Source: Catajapyx aquilonaris
Taxonomy: Eukaryota
NCBI GenBank assembly: GCA_000934665.2
Contig: KZ538739.1
Location: 1-50,087 of the forward strand
DNA length: 50,087 nt
Direction of reading: 5' to 3'
Below are positions 41,621-50,087 of this stretch, in pieces. Every line of letters starts with the position of its first letter. The stretch's first letter is position 1. Made by a program: the position numbers and the translations under genes. A model generated the notes under the pieces. The model had not been told where the DNA came from. It was given only the letters and a program-made list of their open reading frames with translations, and searched no databases.

Positions 41621-43696
41621 GACTGAGGACCAGCATGCTCTATCTCCCCCCAAACATTACATGGGCTTTGTTTCCTTTTATCAGGACGTGTTTTACAACA
41701 GCAGATGCAAGCTAAAATAATAATAATAATCACCGCTGGTAAGAATAATTAGAGGATAAGGAGGGCAGCATGGTTGAAACAAATGCACCTTATCCTCTCG
41801 TTTTCCACCAGGCCTCGAATAATGTGCTTCTGTCGCTTGTAATCCGCAACCAAAGACTTTTCATTTAAGAGCGAGAGATGAAGAGAGAAACTTATGGTCA
41901 ATGTCACTATGGCACTGCTTCCATTTTGGTTTACACCTAATATTTTCTAGTAGGTTTAAAAGTTAAGTAGATGTGAATTTATGCAAAAGAAGAAAAAAAG
42001 AATGCTGGTACTACACCTAGTTGAAAGGGACTCTTTTTTTTTCGTTTTGTGATGCAATGTTAGTATTATCAATCCGCAGAATTTCTCCTCATCGGATTTT
42101 TCTAGTCTGTGGTAGACGGAACAGAATTTTCCCAGAACAACGCCAAGTTCGTAGTTGTGGGATGGAGTATATTTCGCAGCGTTTTCCAGTGGTTTTTTTT
42201 CCTCTCTAATATTGGTCAAATTTTTATGACCTGGAATGATACGTTTTAATTAAGTGGGAGTTGTGGTTAATCATGGTTTAATTTTAACCCCCTAGTGCAG
42301 GCTTGGACCGATATCCAAGTCCAAATGCGACTTTTGGGGAAACATTGTTTATTCCCTTGCAACCCAGATCGCAATGTACTCAAATCATAGATTGGTCTCA
42401 TTGTTTTATTTTTATTTTTTTTCGTTGTGTGGCAACGTTGTATGTTTCATAAGTATAATGTTATATATATATTTATTGTGCATAGAGATATATTTGTGAT
42501 GGTTTATTTTTCCCCCCCTTCTTTATGTATTTCCCTGCAAGCTGCTGTGCAGTCGACTTGGAGTTGTTCTCGGGACCTTTTTTTCTGTTAAGGCCAAGCA
42601 TCATAATTTGTTATGTTGCAGATTGTCACGTTGGCAAGCTGCAGGTAATTGTTTTTTCGAACTGGCTGAATGTGAATGGGCTTAAGTGTCTTTACTTTGG
42701 AACAACAGGGGGCTATTTTTCTCATCTGTGGATAGGTAAAAAATTTGTTGCGTTGCCATCAAATATGGTTGTTTACATTGCACATGTAATGAGCCTTCAT
42801 TATATGTCCACAGTGTAATAATAATTGTCTGTTCCAACAATGCCTGTGGGGGCAATACAGTGTGACACCGCTAAGCTCAAAGATAACCCCACAGCAGCAA
42901 TTTGCATGCTCTTGTATGGAAAGAAACCCCTTTAAAATAATGAGCAGAAGTAATACTTGCCTCGTGAACCATTGCTTGAGCCACAAATCCCTGTCAATGC
43001 CTGAACATATTCATGTTGGGTTGCACATGGCGCACTTTGAGGTGTAGGCATGCAGTTATAAAAGGTCCTAATTTAATTTATTCATGGCAATAGAAAGCGC
43101 TTTCTTATTTCCCCTTTCTCGTCAACAAGGGTGAATGGTCTAAGTTAAAAAAAAAATGCTTTCAGTAGCTTTGGAAAGTAAAAAATACGAGAAATTGTGT
43201 GGTGTTTTAAAAAGGAGGTAGTCTGAACATTTATTACTCGTTATTAACACTTGTCTCATTGGTGAGATGCAACACCATCCCCCTGTCAACAAAAAAAATA
43301 AATGCTTTTTGGTCATTTCCTTTTACTTTTTTTTTTCTCTGTGGGTTGAGCGGAGTGTATGACTTTTTGCAACGTTGTATATATTTCGTCCCCCATGTTT
43401 TCATGGCAGCTGAAACTTGGGCTGTGGCTGAAAAGAAGCTTTGTACCAAAATTATACGAGGAGCATGCCTTTTTTCAGTTGCTTCACACTTTCTTGCCAT
43501 TTTCCTGACAACCCCCCCTCCGTACTCCCTGGCACCTCCCCGGCACCCCCCATTACGCAGTAGCAGACTTTGTTTCTTCCCAAGTTTTTCTGCTTCACGT
43601 TTTCAGATGATGTCACCCATTGCGTAGAGTAGTAATCCATAGTAATGTACTTCATGGAAAGAAAAAAAACACACCCAGGAAATGGCAAGAAATAAA
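41621..43696 (+). other. Probable long Khc 3'UTR ending near AATAAA at 43691-43696
   Basis: AU/U-rich non-coding stretch after the stop; AATAAA at 43691 just before the next promoter. Confidence 0.5.
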
Positions 43697-43910
43697 AACC
43701 ATTTGATTATAGAAATACTACAGTGATTTACTGTTCTTGGTGTTAGCCTCCCCATATTGAATTGAACACCTAATTACAAGTACACCTGCGATTGTGCATA
43801 ATCATGTACAGTACCGTTGGAGTTTGTAATGATCTCGAAGACCGTGGTGATAATGACTCTCCAGCAATAATGCAAAGGTTGCTGGGCAAAATAAGGATAC
43901 CAAGAAAATT

Positions 43911-44010
43911 CGATACGATATTTTACTTTTGCTTTGTATCGTATCGTTTATGTATCGACGATATCGATATTCAGATTTTCACTTTCTTCTGGTTAGCAAT
44001 ATGGCGGCGC
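43911..44010 (+). promoter_or_regulatory. Housekeeping-type promoter of the C1GalT-like gene with a DRE element
   Basis: DREF site TATCGATA at 43962-43969, inverted CGATACGATA/TATCGTATCG pair (43911-43920, 43937-43946), followed by YY1-like ATATGGCGGC near 44000. Confidence 0.65.
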
Positions 44011-44164
44011 CCAGAGGACCACCAGCTGTGGAATGAGGTCGGCTGGTTGTCCGCCTTTGCCCTCCTCGAGGAAGTCGTGCCTTATAGGCCGGCCGGGCCT
44101 ACGCACCGAGCTGCCCTCGATAAGCGGAACTTGAGCAACGCTGGTGCCCCTAGGGCGGCGTGAA
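43995..44164 (+). other. 5'UTR exon of the C1GalT-like gene (intron 44165-44253); 5' boundary approximate
   Basis: GC-rich segment ending GAA|gtaaga; acceptor tttcag| at 44253 upstream of the ATG at 44309. Confidence 0.6.
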
Positions 44165-44308
44165 GTAAGAAAAACTTGGAGAACAGAGCTTGTTGGAACA
44201 TATTGTTTGCTGCGGTTCACTTATGATGCGTTTCTACTTGTAAAATATTTCAGATACTGCCGTAGCATGTGGGGAAGAAGATGTGACGATAATTGACAGA
44301 AGGTAGCA

Positions 44309-45926
44309 ATGAAACTTCGCTGCACGGCGGCCAGTTCGCTTCTTCGAATATGCTACAGGCAGCGGACCTTTTGGCTGGCCTTCCTTTTGGGGTGCGTCCT
44401 GGCATTTGCCTCCTTCAATCATGAGACACATAAGGTATGCCCCTCGCAGACACCACGACAGCGGCATTCTCCGGTTGACAATTCGTATTCTGCGTGGCTT
44501 CGATCGCAAGGCCTCGTTAGCCAACCTGTGGAGCCGGATCTAGCTAGCTATGGCCCAAAATTTGAATCTGAAGCTGATTTTTTGGCCAAAAAAGTGCATT
44601 TGGTGTGCCTTGTGTTTGTGAGAAATGCAAAAGGAGCAGGTGCCATTCGTGACACTTGGTCAAAGCACTGCTCTCAGACTATCTTCTCAGGAATGTTTTC
44701 CAGCACTGATCCCAAAGTGAAGAAGTTTGACCCCGTCTCATCATGGCATTGGCTGTGTGAATCTCTTCGTCACGTATGGCATAAGAATAAGCACGATCTA
44801 CAGTGGGTGTTTGTTGCGTCTGATGAAATATATGCAATTCCTGACAACCTGAGGAGGTACCTTGCCCCAATGCATTCAGACAAGCAGCTGTACTTGGGAC
44901 ATGCAATGCGGTTTTGGGCTGAGGTGTACAACCTTGGCAGGAGTGGATATGCCCTCAGCAGAGGAACCATGAAGGCATTTATGAGGAGGTTCAATTCCAG
45001 CGAGTCCTGCATGGAGAGTGGGAAGTACTGGAAGAATGAGGATTGGTACCTTGGTGAGTTCTTTGGCTAATCTGTCGTATCATCAGCTGATTGCTGGATT
45101 TAAAACTCATATCCCTGACAGATGTTAGTTTTGTGTACTAGCTGTGTATTTTCAAGTCCTGTGTGGCAATTGAACAGTAGTCAGTAGTGCCTCTCATTTA
45201 CTCCTAACCTTCACCTCTAGTGCTTTACAAACAAGCTAATCTCATCTTTGGGCATGTTTTCTTCACTGTTATGCACCTCTGAGTGGTGTTGTTGAACTGC
45301 ATTTCATGCTTGCATTCCAGGGAAGCATTTGGCTGCCATGAAGATATATCCACAGGACACCAGGGATCCTCAAGGGTACAATCGCTTCAACTCATACAGC
45401 ATTACTCAACTTATGTTCTCAGGGGCCTTGTCAATCTTCAGCCGATACTGGCGGGACAGTGTATATCTATCGAAAGATGTAAGTGCCAAATACCTTAGTA
45501 GTGTCTTGTAGTTTGGCAAAATATGAAACTGGGTGATAGACAAAACTGCAGGTTAAATTTCTTGAACATATGTTACTCATTAGGTTATGCTGTTGGAGAT
45601 GTAGATTGACATAGCATCTTTGACATTGGTACCTTTTTGCACTAACAACTTCATCTAAATTGTGGCTGCAAATGTTTCAGAAAAAATGCTGTAGTGAAGA
45701 AGCCATCACTTTCCACGGAATAGACAGTGGAAAAATGTACCTGTTGGACTACTTCCTCTATCATGTGAGGCCTTTCTATCACGGAGGCACCCTAGGCAAC
45801 ATGCCGCCTTTAGAACTGAATGTTACGAAAGTGAGCAAGGTCCCCCACCTGAACCATGTGCACTGGCAGCTCATGACCACCCCAAAAAACTTGGTGCAGA
45901 AAATGAATGCTTTGTTGGACTTTTGA
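44309..45926 (+). CDS. Glycoprotein-N-acetylgalactosamine 3-beta-galactosyltransferase 1-like (GT31/T-synthase family, divergent); exons 44309-45053, 45321-45478, 45681-45926; 382 aa
   Basis: Type II membrane anchor (FWLAFLLGCVLAF), KVHLVCLV...AIRDTWSKHC, NLRRYL..LYLGH, GYALSRGTM, NEDWYLGKHL, DTRDPQGYNRF and CCSEEAITFH..MYLLDYFLYHVRPF. These match the C1GALT1 family layout, and the splice junctions keep frame. Confidence 0.88.
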
Positions 45927-47901
45927 AGCTTCATGGACTGTGTTACAGTGCCTTGTGGTTATTTAAACATATATTATCAGAGAATTCCTCAAGAAGAGGT
46001 TAAATTCTCAGGGTGTGGCAGCTTCTTTTGTATTCCGATAACTGTAGCAGCTGGCCAAGTATTTTCATTCCGTTTTTTTTGGTTGTAATCTAGCAGTATT
46101 CGAAGCTGACAGTATTAGTGATGTAATACGTTTCGGTTGCTTCCGGTGATTGAACTACATAATCTTCTTATGGCTATTTTCAGGGTAACTAGCAAAAGTT
46201 AGTCACAGAACTGAATATCGAGACTTCCCCATTCAAGTGCCATATAATTGTGGCGCCAGACTGCAGATAAATACACTCAAAATAATGCACTGTGGGTGTC
46301 ACTAGTTCCATTTCATTCAAAGTATCAGTGATGAGCCGGAAGTGAGAGTTGCTTTTGGACCTGATAATGTCTCATGGATGCACCATTGCGTAAGTACTCT
46401 AGCGATTACTGGCCATGGCGATGCTAACTGAGGTACTATCAAATGGACAAATACATGAAAGCGCCCATGAAATGGCTGTGGATTATTCTCTCGAAAATAA
46501 ATGACAATTTTTAGCTGTCATGTGCTAAAAATAATGTTTCTGAGGAATCAATATGGACAAACCATTCAGAGATTATGACATCCTTGGCTATTGTGGCATC
46601 CATACATATTTATGAAATATTTGAAATCAAGAAAGTTGGTTTAGGTATCATACATAATACCCTGAAAATACTGAAGAGTATAACTACTCTATTGCCATTC
46701 GAGCATCTGGGTCACGCAACTCAATCGAAAGCACGACACTATTGCAATCCCCAGGTGCACCTTTTTTGGTAAGATAACAGTTGGCCAGTTGGATCCAAAG
46801 CAACTTAGGCTGACTGGCATAGGGAGAGAGAGATGGGAAGAGAGATTTTTTGAATGTGGGAGGAAACAGGAGAATCCCAGTAAACCTTCTCTTTTGTACA
46901 TGCTGAATTTTTAAATATGCCTAAGTTGGAGCTGTGTATGTCAGGGATTTGGCCTAATTGCCTTTCATTATACTGATGTTTTACTTGCAAATGTTATCTG
47001 TTACCAGGAACTTGTTTTATGGTAGCAAGCCAATTACAGGATGTGGTTGATGCTCATATCAAGAGAACTGCTGTCACAAGTGATAAATAGGGTTTTGTTT
47101 GATAAAAAAAGGATGCCCGATTATTTTGTACTAGTAAAGTGCATGGTGCAGTACAGTACATGACTGAATGAAACTAATGCATAGTATGCAAGAGTAAGAC
47201 AAAACTAGTTGGAGTGTGTGTTGATGCCAATATTGCTGATTTTGGGCCTGGTCAATGCAGTATCAGTTAAACTGTTTTATATATTCTTAAATCTAATAAA
47301 TTTTATTACAACTTGTACAAGAGTAGTTTTAGTCCACATTATTGTCAGTGACCTGGTTTTAGGATGTTTCCGGAGTTTTTTTTGAAGGTGTTCCAAGAAT
47401 CATTTGTGGCACGTATAAATCTACATGCCTATAAATGTCCCACAGGAAATGCTGTGGTTAGATTGGCATCCGAGTCTGTGGTTTGATTCGAGTCTGTGGT
47501 AGGTGTTGCACTCAGGCTAACCACTGTAATTAATTAGGTTGTGAAAGGGAATAAAAAAGACTAAATGCACAAAAGTTGTGGGTGTGAAGGTTGCATAGAG
47601 ACATTTGGGATGTGGCATGACCTTTAGCGGGACGTGATAATCACCTTTTGATAGGTGCAGGTTTCATCCTTTTGCTCCTGGTCGTGTTTGCCAGATGAGT
47701 TTATATTATCACTTCCTCTTCCTCTGGCCATTTGAGCTGCAGCATTGGCCTTGGAGATACACTTGTTGACCTGAGTTTTGGTCAATGAGGAGCTCTCTTT
47801 CCTCACCTGCTGCGTTGAGTTACTGATTCTTTTGAATTGGGGAGCAAGTGAGGTGGTGACAGGTCTTCTTCAAGCGTGTGGAAGATATTGTCCATGCAGC
47901 A

Positions 47902-48008
47902 ATGAAGAAGAGAAGAGCTGAGTTGGTCTTGATGCTGCTTGCAGTGGTTGCAGTCGCCAGCTCACAGCAATTTGGAAACTTCGGTGATCTATCCAGATAT
48001 GAGCGGGG
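47902..48008 (+). CDS. First coding exon of a probable secreted protein (signal peptide MKKRRAELVLMLLAVVAVASS-QQ); remainder not identified in the window
   Basis: ATG in GCA-ATG context with an n/h/c signal-peptide pattern. The exon ends GG|gtgagt, and a possible acceptor acag| lies at 47862. No homology recognised. Confidence 0.5.
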
Positions 48009-48342
48009 GTGAGTGTTAAACTTTTGGGTAAAAGCAGGTTTTTGGACATTTGGTGAATACCAATTGCCCATTACTTACATTCACATTATGCGGGCGACAC
48101 GGTGGCGTATGGTTAGCGCTGCAGCCTTCCACCTCTGAGGTCCCGAGTTAGATCCCAGGTCGGATGGAGAATACTTATGTGGATAGAGTTTCGATGGGTT
48201 CTCTCCATGATCACGTGGGTTTTCTCGGCGTTCTCCCATTTCCTCCCACAATCAAAATCCATCACAGCGCAGGCAATGATTAAAGACAGTTCACGAAAAG
48301 ATGATCCCCTAAGAGGCCCAAGGAGGCCCATCACAGGGTATC

Positions 48343-48343
<1 letters not shown>

Positions 48344-48414
<71 letters not shown>

Positions 48415-48680
48415 TACCCCGTTATCATCGGCTCTTTAGGGGGGAAGTTTGTTTTGCCTGGAACTCTTTGCTTTCATTTTACTGTGCTCTTTGGGATAGG
48501 ATAGGGACGGAAGGAAGCAGCTGTGGCCTATTAATTACGGAAACAACTCCGGAATTTTCCTGGAAGGACCGTGGGAAACCACCGAAAACCACGGTCAGAG
48601 TTGCCGGCCCCGGGATTCGAACCCAGGACCTCCCGATTAGCAGTCGGACGCCTTATCCACTATGCCAACCTGCTTCGGTG
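48344..48680 (-). mobile_element. Nested minus-strand tRNA-derived SINE with (AAT)n tail
   Basis: The minus strand reads accgaagcaggtTGGCATAGTGGataaggcgtccgactgctaatcgggaggtcctgGGTTCGAATCCcggggccggc (A and B boxes), then ggttttcggtggtttccc...cttccttccgtccctatcc, ending in an (AAT)23 tail at 48412-48344. Confidence 0.85.

Positions 48681-48683
<3 letters not shown>

Positions 48684-48755
<72 letters not shown>
48684..48755 (+). repeat. (TTA)n microsatellite
   Basis: Perfect trinucleotide array abutting the nested SINE head. Confidence 0.9.
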
Positions 48756-48756
<1 letters not shown>

Positions 48757-49035
48757 AATCGTCCATCGAACACACCATTTCGTGCTGGACAATTTACAAT
48801 GTTTTTGCATAGTTTTAATACGAATTTTTGTATGTTTATAAGTGTACATTGTGCCAGTGTTTATGTGTCTGTATGTATATTCATATCATCCTTTTCATTA
48901 TCATCCTATCCATTATATCCTTTGCGTGGCCTGATGAGTCACCAAAGGACTCATTAAGCTGGTCTTTCGAGATGGTCAGGTGGATTGTACCTGGTCATCG
49001 CTGGTAACTCCATCTTGGGAATATGCCGTGAGTGT

Positions 49036-49057
49036 AATGAATGAATGAATGAATGAA

Positions 49058-49120
<63 letters not shown>
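49036..49120 (+). repeat. (AATG)n(AAT)n simple-repeat tail of the outer SINE
   Basis: aatgaatgaatg... followed by aataataat... directly before the right TSD. Confidence 0.85.
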
Positions 49121-49121
<1 letters not shown>

Positions 49122-50087
49122 ATTCACATTATGCAGGAGGATGTGACCACCATCGACATAGTACTTTACAATAGGCACAAAATTTTGTGTCTCAAAAGTG
49201 AGAGAGTATTTGGTTCAAAGAATATTATCGTCTGAAAGAGCACCAGTATGACTATAAATTTTGTACTCCCAACACTCAGATGCTTCCAATTCTTGTATGA
49301 TTGTCTTGTGTGAGAAAGTTGAGCCTTCATGTTTTTCACACTATTTTTAAAACAAATGGTAAGACCGCAGTCTCAGGTGGATCAAGGAGAGGTTTGACCA
49401 ACTTAGGTGTATGTAAAACGTGTAGGCATTTGATCATGGGCCAAACAACTCTTTGCAATAATTGGGCCATAGTTTCCATAATGGCCTTGCAACTAATAAA
49501 AATGGCCAGACAAAATGTGTGGCTACCACAAGTGAGTTGTGATTATCTGATCTGAACCCATCAGGTAATTGAAGAAGTTTGGGGATGGTTTAAGGGAGGT
49601 TAGTGAACAAGTGTCACAAATAATAAGTAAATTGGCAGGGCATGTTTTGAATAATCTTGCAGCATTAGTAACACCATTGAAAAGGTATCTGATATTTACA
49701 GAAATATATTTTAACAAGCACTGTACTTGTATGCACAGCCATAATACTAAAAATTGAATGCAATATGTTAAATGAGATCAAGCATAGTTTCAGGTAATTG
49801 AAGGTTGGGTAATCAAAATATGGTTGCATCATGCAGGAGTATGCAGGTATTATCCTAGCATTACTAGAGTGGAATGTTCATACTGCATGGTGTCCATAAC
49901 ACCAGCGCACTGTGAAATTTTATTTTTAGCTTTCTCTCAAAGTAACAGCAACAGGTGTTTCAATAAGTATCCTACTGCATAGCTTTGAATAAGTCATAAG
50001 CTCATAATCTTGAGGGTTTTCACAGTTTTTGTCATGAACAGTTGTACCCTTACAGACAGCGCCGTATACAGGATTTTTGTTCGGGGG

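Larger units (their letters stand above)
48092..49118 (+). mobile_element. tRNA-derived SINE with V/Meta-SINE-like central domain, (AATG)n(AAT)n tail, 16-bp TSD and nested insertion(s)
   Basis: Head gggcgacacggtggcgtatggttagc...gagttagatccc (A box and degenerate B box). Central gtgggttttctcggcgttctcccatttcctcccaca. Exact TSD tacattcacattatgc at 48076-48091 and 49119-49134. Confidence 0.82.

Noticed and set aside
48602..48673. Bona fide tRNA-Ser(GCT) gene
   Set aside because: It is the head of a SINE (followed by body and AAT tail, no adjacent oligo-T terminator) and lacks the Ser long variable arm
48930..48958. Hammerhead-ribozyme-like CTGATGA-GTC-loop-GAC in the SINE 3' part
   Set aside because: The obligatory GAAA after stem II is absent (TCAT instead). 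The sequence simply forms a hairpin tgatgagtc/gactcatta.
48113..49178. ORFs with poly-Leu, poly-Tyr, poly-Asn or poly-Ile
   Set aside because: Translations of (AAT)n/(TTA)n microsatellites inside SINEs
49569..49757. Amphipathic-looking ORF as exon 2 of the 47902 gene
   Set aside because: Joining the phase-2 donor to the nearest acceptor (catcag|g) gives an immediate TAA
1..50087. CRISPR arrays, rRNA genes, prokaryotic operons or intact transposase/RT ORFs
   Set aside because: None seen; the window is intron-containing eukaryotic DNA and no long unexplained ORF exists

Overview
Eukaryotic genomic DNA, most likely an insect or other arthropod (inferred from the kinesin sequence, intron layout, DRE motif and SINE types). 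Three intact spliced + strand genes can be reconstructed exon by exon. They are CYB5D1 (3 exons, 463-4776, 227 aa), kinesin-1 heavy chain Khc (16 coding exons, 35260-41620, about 1000 aa) and a divergent core-1 beta-1,3-galactosyltransferase-like gene (3 coding exons, 44309-45926, 382 aa) whose DxD motif reads SDE. The first coding exon of a probable secreted protein lies at 47902-48008. About 25 kb (4.9-30.2 kb) has no recognisable protein gene, but holds a 181-nt near-perfect hairpin, old repeats and a possible minus-strand transcript starting at a symmetric, CpG-rich bidirectional promoter shared with Khc. There are three tRNA-derived SINEs, two with clear target-site duplications. One carries a V/Meta-SINE-like central domain and contains a second SINE whose head still folds as a tRNA cloverleaf. 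I see no evidence for a wholly new multi-gene system. The best leads are the DxD-less T-synthase paralog, alternative Khc tail and hinge splicing, the long hairpin and the nested SINE.
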